A stretch of 64,000 nucleotides of DNA from Candidatus Omnitrophota bacterium (GTDB lineage Bacteria > Omnitrophota > Gorgyraeia > Zapsychrales > Fredricksoniimonadaceae). The notes under the pieces are model-generated. The model did not search any database, was not told the DNA's origin, and worked only from the letters and a program-made list of their open reading frames with translations. Positions 17,569 to 26,830 of this stretch are shown piece by piece. Numbering within the stretch: the stretch's first letter is position 1; each line of letters starts with the position of its first letter. The DNA is taken from assembly GCA_030650275.1 (NCBI GenBank), contig JAUSEK010000021.1, positions 20,106 to 84,105 of the forward strand. The letters are read 5' to 3'. Made by a program: the position numbers and the translations under genes.

Positions 17569-17579
17569 AATATCAAATA

Positions 17580-17855
17580 TTAAAGATCATGCCGGCTCAG
17601 GCGATAGCCCTCAAGGACCCTTTCTGAAACCAGGTCTTTGACCTCATCGCTCAAACAGCGCACGCGGTCATACCACTTTTCATCCTTCCCCTGCTCGGAA
17701 GGCATGGACACGAACATTCCCTTCTTTCCTTCAATGACCCTGACCCCCTTAATGAGGATGGCATCATTGACAACGATATCAACAAATGCCTTGACCCGCC
17801 CTTCCGCAAGACGATGGATACTGCCGACCTTGACATCTAAAAGCGTTTCGTTCAT
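17580..17855 (-). CDS. spoVG: SpoVG family nucleic-acid-binding protein
   Basis: KAFVDIVVND, IKGVRVIEGKKGMFVSMPS. Confidence 0.88.
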   Translation of the reverse strand: MNETLLDVKVGSIHRLAEGRVKAFVDIVVNDAILIKGVRVIEGKKGMFVSMPSEQGKDEKWYDRVRCLSDEVKDLVSERVLEGYRLSRHDL

Positions 17856-18031
17856 ATGCCCTCCCTTGGTTGTGAACAAAGCAACGATAACATACATTGA
17901 TTTTTTGTCAAGTCATTTATTTATTAATAGTCAATTTCATGCCATAATATCAAGAATATCAAAATAAAATTGCAAATCCAACAATATATGCTATTCTAAT
18001 GCTATCGTCCATCTCATCCAAAGGGGGTTGT

Positions 18032-18583
18032 ATGTATATAGGGAAGAAAGTTGAAACCATCCGCAAGGCGCAAAAAATGTCTTTGACGGAACTCTCCAAG
18101 AAAAGCGGGGTCCAGCTGGCCACGTTGAGCCGCATTGAGAACATGAAAATGGTGGGCACGCTGGAGTCGCACATCAATATCGCCAAGGCGCTGGGCATTG
18201 ACGTGACGGAATTATACCGCGGCATTGACCAGAAGTCCGCGATCCTGGATGTAGGGCCGGACCAGAGCGGCGCAGATATTTTCAGGCACAGCGAACGCTC
18301 TTCTTATGAGATCCTCACCAAAAACGTCCTGAAGAAAAAAATGATGCCGGTATTGATCCGTATTGAGGCGAACGGCAAGACGAACACGGAACAAAACCAG
18401 CCGGGCACGGAAAAATTCATTTTTGTCCTGGAGGGCGTGGTTGAGGCAGACATCAACGGGGCGAAATTCCGTTTGAGCAAACACAATACATTCTATTTTG
18501 ATTCTTCCCTTCCCCATCATTTCATCAATAAAGGAAGGTCAACCGCGCGCGTACTGTGCGTGGGCACGCCGGTATCCCTTTAA
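18032..18583 (+). CDS. XRE-family HTH plus cupin transcriptional regulator
   Basis: IRKAQKMSLTELSKKSGV...LSRIEN HTH; EKFIFVLEG...FDSSLPH cupin. Confidence 0.88.
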   Translation: MYIGKKVETIRKAQKMSLTELSKKSGVQLATLSRIENMKMVGTLESHINIAKALGIDVTELYRGIDQKSAILDVGPDQSGADIFRHSERSSYEILTKNVLKKKMMPVLIRIEANGKTNTEQNQPGTEKFIFVLEGVVEADINGAKFRLSKHNTFYFDSSLPHHFINKGRSTARVLCVGTPVSL

Positions 18584-18612
18584 AACAATCCCCAAAAACC
18601 AAGGAGATGGCT

Positions 18613-18972
18613 ATGTCAGGAAAAATTTTGATCTGTGATGACGAGGAAGGTATCCGCGAGTCCTTAAAACTCATTTTGTGCGACCATTACGACCTGGTGG
18701 TCGTGGACAGCGGCGAACAGGCCCTGCACACATTGGCGAACGCAAAAGACATCAAAGTAGCGCTCTTGGACATAAAGATGCCCAGGGTCAATGGTCTGGA
18801 TGTCCTGCAGGAGATCAAATCAAAATATCCCGAGGTGAAGATCATCATGGTCACCGGCTACCGGTCGGTGGAAACAGCCGCCGAAGCCGCGCGTCTGGGA
18901 GCGTCGGGGTACATCATCAAACCGTTCAAGGCGGAAGAGATTTTAGAGGTTGTTAAACGAAATATTCATTAA
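18613..18972 (+). CDS. Single-domain response regulator (receiver)
   Basis: ILICDDE, LLDIKMP, IIKPF; SD AAGGAG. Confidence 0.92.
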   Translation: MSGKILICDDEEGIRESLKLILCDHYDLVVVDSGEQALHTLANAKDIKVALLDIKMPRVNGLDVLQEIKSKYPEVKIIMVTGYRSVETAAEAARLGASGYIIKPFKAEEILEVVKRNIH

Positions 18973-18982
18973 CTAATTGGTC

Positions 18983-20590
18983 ATGATTTATTTTATCATT
19001 AGTTCATTTCTTAATGCACTGACCAGTCTTTTATCCTGCTTTTTTGTCCTCTTCACTAACCCAAAAGCAAAAACAAATCAAACATTCGCTTTATACACAT
19101 TTTGTGTGTCCATGTGGGCAATTTTTTATTTGCTTTGGCTTACTGCTGATAATCCAGAAAATGCTCTTTTTTATGTAAAAATAATAAACATATCAGCATT
19201 GTTTATACCCTGCGCATTTCTTCATTTCAGTTGCTACCTATTAAATGAATATCAAAAACATAAGAAAATTATTTTCTTACTCTACCTATTTAATTTAATA
19301 CTATCCAGTACTGTAGGATTTACTGACCTATACATACTAGGAACAGAAAAACAATTAATTTTTCCCTATTGGCCAATAGCCGGAAAGTATTATATTCTTC
19401 TTTTCTTAGAATATGTTCTTATCGTCGGCTATTCGCTACTTATTATTTATAAAAAAATGAAAATAAGTGTAGGAATAAAGAATCTACAATTAAAATATCT
19501 ATTTTACGGAATACTCATCGCTTATATAGGGGGAGCAACGAATTTCCCTCTCTGTTATAATATCCCAATTCCTCCTTTCGGAAATTTCTTCGTTTCGCTC
19601 TATACAATCTTTATCACATACGCTATTTTAAAATATCAATTAATGGATATACACATTATTGTTAAAAAGAGCCTAGTTTATTCAATATTGATCGCAATAC
19701 TGACTGTATTCTATTTTAGTTCCATATATTTAGCCGAACGTATATTCCAAGAGATGCTTGGTTATAAATCATTGTTGATCTCCGTGACCTTGGCCTCATT
19801 CATTACGCTCATTTTTATTCCGCTTAAGAACATCATCCAATCTTTTATCGAAAAATATTTCTTTATGGGTAATTTCTTCCAACTAGCAGAACAAAATGAA
19901 CAATTACGACGAGAAATTGTTCAATCCGAACGCCTGAAATCCATCGCCATCCTGGCCAGCGGCATGGCGCATGAGATCAAAAACCCGCTGACGGTCCTCA
20001 AAACCTTCAGCGAATTCCTGCCCCGAAAAATGGATGACAAAGAATTCCTCAAGAAATTCCAGCCCATGATCGCCCATGAGATCGACCGCATCAACGCTCT
20101 GGTTCATGAACTCCTGGACTTTGCCAAACCAGCTCCCCTTCAGATAAAGCCAACGCCCATCCACGCCCTTTTAGACCAAACATTGGAGATCTTAAGCAAT
20201 GATTTTCTGAAACACAAAATTAACGTTCATAAGGACTATAGCCTGACAACGCCGGCGATATTGAATCTGGACCCCAATCAATTCAAACAAGCCCTGTTGA
20301 ATATACTGCTGAATGCCATGGAAGCCATGCCGACGGGCGGCGCCGTCACCGTGACCACCCTCCCTTCTTCCGACCTGCAATACGCCCTGATCAAGATCCA
20401 GGATACCGGATGCGGGATCAGAAATGAAGATATCGCCCACATTTTTGACCCGTTCTTCACCAAAAAAGACCACGGCACCGGGCTTGGGCTCTCTATAACA
20501 TACGAAATTGTGCGGGGACATCAGGGAAAAATATTTGCGGAAAGTGAAAAAGACAGGGGCACGGCGTTCGTGATCGAACTGCCTTTATAA
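18983..20590 (+). CDS. Membrane sensor histidine kinase (N-terminal 7TM-type region, HisKA, HATPase)
   Basis: Multiple TM segments ending YAILKYQLMDI; MAHEIKNPL, NAMEAM, DTGCG, GTGLGL. Confidence 0.92.
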   Translation: MIYFIISSFLNALTSLLSCFFVLFTNPKAKTNQTFALYTFCVSMWAIFYLLWLTADNPENALFYVKIINISALFIPCAFLHFSCYLLNEYQKHKKIIFLLYLFNLILSSTVGFTDLYILGTEKQLIFPYWPIAGKYYILLFLEYVLIVGYSLLIIYKKMKISVGIKNLQLKYLFYGILIAYIGGATNFPLCYNIPIPPFGNFFVSLYTIFITYAILKYQLMDIHIIVKKSLVYSILIAILTVFYFSSIYLAERIFQEMLGYKSLLISVTLASFITLIFIPLKNIIQSFIEKYFFMGNFFQLAEQNEQLRREIVQSERLKSIAILASGMAHEIKNPLTVLKTFSEFLPRKMDDKEFLKKFQPMIAHEIDRINALVHELLDFAKPAPLQIKPTPIHALLDQTLEILSNDFLKHKINVHKDYSLTTPAILNLDPNQFKQALLNILLNAMEAMPTGGAVTVTTLPSSDLQYALIKIQDTGCGIRNEDIAHIFDPFFTKKDHGTGLGLSITYEIVRGHQGKIFAESEKDRGTAFVIELPL

Positions 20591-21769
20591 TTCCCCTTTG
20601 TGATAGAGTTCAACGATGGCCCGCACCGGCCTGGGGTTGAACTGCTTGCCGGAATATTTCTGGATCTCCGCGAGGGCGATCTCTTTGCTCAAACCCTTGC
20701 GGTAAGAACGGTCGGTGGTGATGGCATCAAATGTGTCTGCCACGGCGATAATGGCCGCGATCATCGGAATGGATTCTCCTTTTAAACCATCCGGATAACC
20801 GGCGCCGTCATAACGCTCGTGGTGGTATTTGACGCCGTTGATGCATTCCTCAAAACCCGTCAGGGGTGAAAGTATTTCCGCCCCGCGGGTGGTGTGGGTT
20901 TTCATGATCTCATACTCTTGCGGCGTCAATTTGTCCTGCTTGCACAAAATGGACTCTGGCACGCCGATCTTCCCGATGTCGTGCAATAATCCGGCGATAT
21001 AAAGGTTCTCAAAAAATTTGGGAGGGAAATCCGCTGTCCCGTTGGCTTCCATTTGCCGCGCGACCGCAAGGGCGTATTTCGTGACGCGCTCGGTATGGCC
21101 GTGCGTATAAGCGTCCTTGGCTTCAATGGCCGACCCCAGGGCGATCGTGGTCTGGATGAAAAGATTACGGTTGCGTTCCGCTTCCCTCTTTAAATCCTCG
21201 AACAATTCGGCATTGCGTATGGCCATGGCCACGTCAGAAGCCAGCGCGGAAAAGAAATCCAGTTCTTCCTGGTCAAAACGCGTTTTATCGTATTTCTCCC
21301 CCAATAATAAGATCGCCAAAAGCATATGCTGATGATAAGCCGGCACGCAGGCCACGGCATTGAGTTTCGGCATTTGATGGCTGACGTCATGCAGGAGTTT
21401 TTTACTGCCGTTGCCGTTGGAAATGACGCTTTCCTTCCATATCATTTTATTGATGTCCTCGGCCAGGATCGCGTTGCGGTTCCCGACAAGGTATTTGTAT
21501 TCCTTTTCAATGAACAACTTGATGATGGGGTGGTTGCGGTCAAAACGGACAAAGCCCTCCGGGATCCTGGCGCCCTGCTCTCCGCGGGAAATGGACAGGA
21601 CATAATTGTCCTTAACAGGGTCATAGAGGATCATGCCGGCATGCTGGATACGGACCTTTTGGACAATGGAACGGACGATGAGTTTGATCAAAAGCCGGGG
21701 ATCGTGGATGAGGATCATCCCCTTGGCCGCGGATTCCAGTTCTTTCTTATAATCGATCTTGGTGGACAT
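20585..21769 (-). CDS. GAF-HD-GYP cyclic-dinucleotide phosphodiesterase
   Basis: HTERV, LLHDIGKIG, HHERYDGAGYPDGL; GAF-like N-terminus. Confidence 0.92.
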   Translation of the reverse strand: MSTKIDYKKELESAAKGMILIHDPRLLIKLIVRSIVQKVRIQHAGMILYDPVKDNYVLSISRGEQGARIPEGFVRFDRNHPIIKLFIEKEYKYLVGNRNAILAEDINKMIWKESVISNGNGSKKLLHDVSHQMPKLNAVACVPAYHQHMLLAILLLGEKYDKTRFDQEELDFFSALASDVAMAIRNAELFEDLKREAERNRNLFIQTTIALGSAIEAKDAYTHGHTERVTKYALAVARQMEANGTADFPPKFFENLYIAGLLHDIGKIGVPESILCKQDKLTPQEYEIMKTHTTRGAEILSPLTGFEECINGVKYHHERYDGAGYPDGLKGESIPMIAAIIAVADTFDAITTDRSYRKGLSKEIALAEIQKYSGKQFNPRPVRAIVELYHKGEL

Positions 21770-22128
21770 TAGGAAGCCATCTGGCTTAAAACGATCTTCT
21801 CGAGTTCCTCAAGGATAAGAGGTTTGTGGACATAACTGATGACGCCCAGGGCATTGGCTTCTTTAATGACCGCTTCATCCTCGACGCCGGTGACCATGAT
21901 GACCTTGGTCTGCTTGTCTGTTTTACGCAATTCGCGCAAGACCTCTATTCCGGTCATTTCCTCCATGCGCACATCCAGCAAAACAAGTTGGGGCTTGTTC
22001 TTGATGATCAGATCCAGGGCCTCACGGCCGCCGGAGGCCGTCAGGACCTCAATGCCGCGTTTTTTAAAAAAACTCTTCGCGAATTCCCGGATGTCCGACT
22101 CATCATCCACGATCAAAAGTTTGGACAT
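21769..22128 (-). CDS. Single-domain response regulator (receiver)
   Basis: LLIVDDE, LLDVRM, HKP. Confidence 0.92.
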   Translation of the reverse strand: MSKLLIVDDESDIREFAKSFFKKRGIEVLTASGGREALDLIIKNKPQLVLLDVRMEEMTGIEVLRELRKTDKQTKVIMVTGVEDEAVIKEANALGVISYVHKPLILEELEKIVLSQMAS

Positions 22129-22158
22129 ATCAAACCCCTTTATATTTTAATAAAAATA

Positions 22159-24327
22159 TCATTCAACAGCAACGGGAAGACGCAATTTCATCCGTGTCCC
22201 GGCCATATAATCGGACAACATTTCCACTTTTCCTTTATGATTGTCCTCAATGATCTTCTTGATCACATAAAGCCCGAGGCCCGTGCCTTTCTTGCTGGAA
22301 AGTTTGGTGGTAAAAAAAGGCGTGAATAATTTATGGACGTCTTCTTTTTTCACTCCCATGCCATTGTCCTCAAAGATAATCTCAACCCAACCATCCTCCG
22401 GCGCCACACGGACCGTCAGTGTCGGCTGATACTGCGGCTCTTGCTTTTCGGTCTTTCTTTGCATCATCGCGTCATAAGCGTTATCGATGAGGTTAAAGAA
22501 AACCTCCTGCAGTTGCGTAAAATTCCCTTTGATCTTGGGGATATTCTGCGGGTCATAGGCGTGCACCACCTGAAGTTCCTGCACCTTGATCTTGAATTGG
22601 GCCATTTCAAAAGCGGACTTGAAGGCCTGGTTAAAATCAATGGCCGCGAAACCGGCATCGCCTTTGCGCGTGTATTTCAAAAGGCCCTGCACGACCTCGC
22701 CCCCCTGCACCACATTCTCCTGCACGCGGTTGAAAGCCCGCTCAAGGTCCGCTAAAAGTTCTTTGACCTTGTCAGAACCCTCCATATTCTTGCTCAATTT
22801 CAAGGAATCCAAAGCATCGCCGGCAATAAAGCCGAGGGCATGAAAACGGTTATTGATCTGATGCGACAGGCCGTCGGCCATGGTCCCGATGGTGGCCATC
22901 TTTTCCGCCTGGAACAACTGCTGTTGTGTGATTTTCATGTCTTCATAAAATTGGGCATTCTCAATGGCCAAAGCCGTCTGATTTGCCAAAATGGAAAACA
23001 CAGATAAGTCGTCTTCGCTATATAATTTTCCGGATTCTTTCTTACCTAAAATAATAATGGCTAATAAGCGCTTCTCGATCAAAATAGGCAAAACCAGGTC
23101 TCCTTCCAATGCCGCCACGATCTTCTCAACGGCAACCAGGTCCTGATCAGCGTAATCCTGGATCTTTTGCTTAAGCTCTTCATAAACGATGGGAGCGCCG
23201 GTTTCGACCAAATAGGTTATCAAAGGCGAATCATCCGCAATGGTTTTGATAAAGGTGACATTGCCGCTGCGGCGCTTATGAGCACCCAGAATAAACTGAT
23301 TCTTAGGCCGGTCATGCATATACACCAAAGCATGGTCCAGACGGACCGCGCGGGTGACGATATAAACGATCAGGTTCAGCAATTTCTTTAAGTCCTTTAC
23401 CCTGCTCATCCCCGTAGAGGCCTGACGCAATGTCGTCTGGTAGCGGCGTTGCTCCTGCAATAACTGGTCTTCCGCCCTTTTTTGTAAAAATAAATAAATA
23501 AACGGCCCTACCGTAGCAAGGAATCCCATTAGTGTAATAGGTATTAACCATAGGCCTTGGCCTAATAATTTGAAACCGACCCAAATAGGAATGCCTAATA
23601 CAAGAGTATAAACAATAATGAAAGTGGTAGCCCTAGTAATTGCTACACGAATATCCATTAGTTGATATTTAACTATTGTATAGCTAACTATGATGAACCA
23701 AAAAATCGTTAAGGGAGGGCCAAGCCAGATATAATCAAATACTCGAAACCATAATAAATAAACGTTGCTAGCTCCTGACATTAAAGCAATGGTGAGATTT
23801 GCTATGGTAATATACTTGAGTTGAAGTTTTAAAATTCCTTCAGATCTTATAAAATTTTGAAAAAACCGTATAAAAGCAAAAAGCAGCAAGGCACATAGCT
23901 GCACATCCCACAATATTTTACTCGGACCATAAATAAACCCTTTCACTCCATTATCAACAAAAACACCTTTTATAATCATATCTGTCTCAAAAATCAGATA
24001 GGAAAGAAGAATCATGGGAGAAAAAACTAATAAAGTTCTAAATTGAAAAATTTTGGATTGCGCGTAGGAATAACAATATGCAAAAAGAAGAAACGATGGA
24101 GCAATAAAGCCTCCTGTGGAATACAAAAACTTCGCCCAAAACAACTCTCCCGACTTATCAGAGACCAAAAAAAACATACCAAGACCAAAAGACCATAAAG
24201 TCATGGAATTTGCAAAGATGGCAAAAAAACGAGCTAGAAATTTATTGTGACCTTTGAATAAAATAAATGCGGAAAAAAGAAAATAGGCGAAAGCGAAGAA
24301 AAAAAGCAGATAGGCTTTTAATAACAC
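22159..24327 (-). CDS. Membrane sensor histidine kinase (7TM-type region, GAF, HisKA, HATPase)
   Basis: TM region ending YTIVKYQLMDI; GAF ending LANQTALAIENA; LSHQINN, NAYDAM, DNGMG, GTGLGL. Confidence 0.92.
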   Translation of the reverse strand: MLLKAYLLFFFAFAYFLFSAFILFKGHNKFLARFFAIFANSMTLWSFGLGMFFLVSDKSGELFWAKFLYSTGGFIAPSFLLFAYCYSYAQSKIFQFRTLLVFSPMILLSYLIFETDMIIKGVFVDNGVKGFIYGPSKILWDVQLCALLLFAFIRFFQNFIRSEGILKLQLKYITIANLTIALMSGASNVYLLWFRVFDYIWLGPPLTIFWFIIVSYTIVKYQLMDIRVAITRATTFIIVYTLVLGIPIWVGFKLLGQGLWLIPITLMGFLATVGPFIYLFLQKRAEDQLLQEQRRYQTTLRQASTGMSRVKDLKKLLNLIVYIVTRAVRLDHALVYMHDRPKNQFILGAHKRRSGNVTFIKTIADDSPLITYLVETGAPIVYEELKQKIQDYADQDLVAVEKIVAALEGDLVLPILIEKRLLAIIILGKKESGKLYSEDDLSVFSILANQTALAIENAQFYEDMKITQQQLFQAEKMATIGTMADGLSHQINNRFHALGFIAGDALDSLKLSKNMEGSDKVKELLADLERAFNRVQENVVQGGEVVQGLLKYTRKGDAGFAAIDFNQAFKSAFEMAQFKIKVQELQVVHAYDPQNIPKIKGNFTQLQEVFFNLIDNAYDAMMQRKTEKQEPQYQPTLTVRVAPEDGWVEIIFEDNGMGVKKEDVHKLFTPFFTTKLSSKKGTGLGLYVIKKIIEDNHKGKVEMLSDYMAGTRMKLRLPVAVE

Positions 24328-24923
24328 TATCCAACCTCTGGTACTTCAACGGCCTTCCAAATTAAATCTTTATTTGTTAAATAAAACTTCACAGAGGTTA
24401 TCTCACCAAATGCGGAGACACCGAAGAAAATCTTGGTCGTACCAAAAACAAGCTGTAATTTCTTCTTTATAATTCTAGTTTCAGCATAAAACGTCGTCCC
24501 TTCTTTTCTAGGTTGTATTAGGCCATTATTCAATGCACCATTTGCTAAGAAAACATGCTCTGCTTCTACTGCTTGAGGTGTAAATTCGGGATATTGAAAA
24601 GCAACGTGAACTGTCCCAGAAGACGGCATCAATAAACCTGCCAATGCCAGATATATGGTTTCATTATAATGGCCTTTTGTATCTTGCCGAGAAATACTTC
24701 CTACAACAATACTGCTCGTACATTCTGGCCGGGAGTTATCGCTCTTAAAAATAATAATTTTATTCGCCCTTAAGAAAGGGGGAGTAAAAGCAAGAACAGT
24801 CATCATTTTCTTTTGATCAGCTTTTAGAAGAATTTCTTTATTGCTGTATCTATCCCGAAGATCAAAAGGCAATTGTTTACCAAAAAAATCTTCTACTTCC
24901 TGAATTACAGTTTTAGGACTCAT
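24327..24923 (-). CDS. Divergent FabZ/FabA-like hotdog-fold protein
   Basis: LAFTPPFLRANKI resembles LPHRYPFLLVDRI; TKGHY resembles FQGHF; C-terminal beta pattern P..GTTFYAETRIIKKK. Confidence 0.55.
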   Translation of the reverse strand: MSPKTVIQEVEDFFGKQLPFDLRDRYSNKEILLKADQKKMMTVLAFTPPFLRANKIIIFKSDNSRPECTSSIVVGSISRQDTKGHYNETIYLALAGLLMPSSGTVHVAFQYPEFTPQAVEAEHVFLANGALNNGLIQPRKEGTTFYAETRIIKKKLQLVFGTTKIFFGVSAFGEITSVKFYLTNKDLIWKAVEVPEVG

Positions 24924-24936
24924 AAAAAGCTTAAAA

Positions 24937-26220
24937 TTAAAATTTATAGGTTAATGTCATAAGGCCAATATTCGTAAATTGTTTATAATCCCCATCAACG
25001 GTGGCGCCGCTGGAGGAGCCGACATCGTTATCGATCTTCCTGTGTTCATAGATCAAGGCCGAGTAGGCCAGATCCAGGGTCAAACGCGGGGTCAGGTCAT
25101 AGCCCAAGCCGGTCGTGATGCCGTGGGAATCGCTGTCCGGCAAACGGGGATCCCAGGTGGTCTGGGGAATAGGCGTATTGTGATGATAATACCCGCCGCG
25201 CAGGCGCAAACGGTCGTTGGCCGCATACTCCGCGCCAACGGCCTGGGACCACACCGACTTCCAGTCCCGCGACGCGGGGTTCCCGTCGTTTAAGACCAGC
25301 AACCGCGTGGTGTCTGTTTCATCCCTCCAATTAACGGCCTCATTCTTAACGCTGGACCAGTCCATCCATTCCACATCAAGATTAACGGTCCACTTGTTCG
25401 TGGGCTTAAAACTGTAGCCCAGCACAACACTTTGGGGCAAGGTGAATTTCTCGGTCAACGTGGTCTCATAAGCCGTGCCTCCGAAAATCGCCTGGTAATT
25501 GCTTCCGCTGCTGTTCAGGTTGTTCAAATACCCCTTACCTTCATAAATATGCTTGATACGGCTGCGGTACATCAAACCGAGTTGATGGCGGTCATTGACC
25601 TTATACATCGTGGCCAGCCGATAACCCCACGCGTTGTCCCTGGCTTTCAATTGAAAATCGCCGTCGGTACCGCCCGTTTGAGGCAGTTTCTTTTTCTTAT
25701 TGGCTTTAGAATGATCATTGTCCGCGCTGACAGCCAAAGACCATTGGTCCGTCACCTGATAAGCCGCGGTCAGCATATAATCCTTGTTTTCGATCACAGA
25801 TTCAGTGGCCACATAACGCAAATTGCTGTCCTGCGCCCAGTTCGTGCCAAGGCCGAAATAAGAAGTTTCTCCCACGCCGAGGGACAATTTATTATTGATG
25901 GGAACGGCTAAATACGCGTGCGGCACAAAAAACGTATCGCGGCGCATCTGTGTTTTATCACCGGCAAAATTCTTGTAATCCACCTGTGGAGCGATCAGCG
26001 CTGATCCGACGGACACCTGTGTATCCCTGATCTGGGTCAAACCGGCTGGGTTATAATAAATGGCTGCTGGAGTGTTGGCCTGACCGACAAAAGCAGAGCC
26101 CTTACCCATGGCGCCCGCATCGGGCGTTTCAACACGAAACGAACCCGAACCGGCCGCAAAAGCATTGCCTCCCCAAAGAACACTTAAAGCAATAACGGCA
26201 AATGCAGAACATTTGAACAT
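24937..26220 (-). CDS. fadL: FadL/OmpP1/TodX outer-membrane hydrophobic-compound transporter
   Basis: Signal peptide, AMGKGSA...AIYYNPAGL hatch motif, LPQ/WMDWS, PDSD, terminal YKF. Confidence 0.88.
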   Translation of the reverse strand: MFKCSAFAVIALSVLWGGNAFAAGSGSFRVETPDAGAMGKGSAFVGQANTPAAIYYNPAGLTQIRDTQVSVGSALIAPQVDYKNFAGDKTQMRRDTFFVPHAYLAVPINNKLSLGVGETSYFGLGTNWAQDSNLRYVATESVIENKDYMLTAAYQVTDQWSLAVSADNDHSKANKKKKLPQTGGTDGDFQLKARDNAWGYRLATMYKVNDRHQLGLMYRSRIKHIYEGKGYLNNLNSSGSNYQAIFGGTAYETTLTEKFTLPQSVVLGYSFKPTNKWTVNLDVEWMDWSSVKNEAVNWRDETDTTRLLVLNDGNPASRDWKSVWSQAVGAEYAANDRLRLRGGYYHHNTPIPQTTWDPRLPDSDSHGITTGLGYDLTPRLTLDLAYSALIYEHRKIDNDVGSSSGATVDGDYKQFTNIGLMTLTYKF

Positions 26221-26352
26221 CGCCTGCCTCCTGTTTCAATTTTAGGAATATTTTATATTTATAATAATGAGTTAATTATATCCTCGTCGAAAGGGAGCCG
26301 CAAGGATGAAATCGGAAATTTTAGGAAGGCGCCAAGATCAAGGATTGATCAA

Positions 26353-26814
26353 CTATTCATAACCATACTTTTTGGGGTTTGAAAAGATCGCATCAATGGT
26401 GGAATTTGCCTGTTCATCACTTAACTCAACTTTCTTTAAAATTTCAAGGAGTTGTTCCTTATCTCTTTTATTGACTGCTAAATCAAATACCTCTGATAAT
26501 TTAGCTGCAAATAACCTTTCATTGACGGTCATGGCACTGAATCTTTTCCCTTCCTTGGAATTCTTCTTAATTAAATCCAGGTCCCAACCTCGATCTTTTG
26601 CCTCCTTTTCTAATTCTTTCAGTTTTTCAGTCAAAATAATCTCCATCTCATCTAAAGGCGGGGGAAAAAACCAATCCATCAATTTTTCTAATTGATCCTG
26701 AGGCATATGTTTATCCAATTCTCTGATAAGACTATCGATCTTAGGAGAAAAAACAGAAAGTTTATAAATTAAAATGTCGATTATCGGGTCACCACTCGGT
26801 TCAATCATTGTCAT
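26353..26814 (-). CDS. Putative immunity protein (C-terminal MTVNERL-type domain)
   Basis: Directly downstream of the toxin; AMTVNERLF...FD.A...IL..V motif recalled from polymorphic-toxin immunity proteins. Confidence 0.65.
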   Translation of the reverse strand: MTMIEPSGDPIIDILIYKLSVFSPKIDSLIRELDKHMPQDQLEKLMDWFFPPPLDEMEIILTEKLKELEKEAKDRGWDLDLIKKNSKEGKRFSAMTVNERLFAAKLSEVFDLAVNKRDKEQLLEILKKVELSDEQANSTIDAIFSNPKKYGYE

Positions 26815-26830
26815 AAATAGATCCTTTAAA

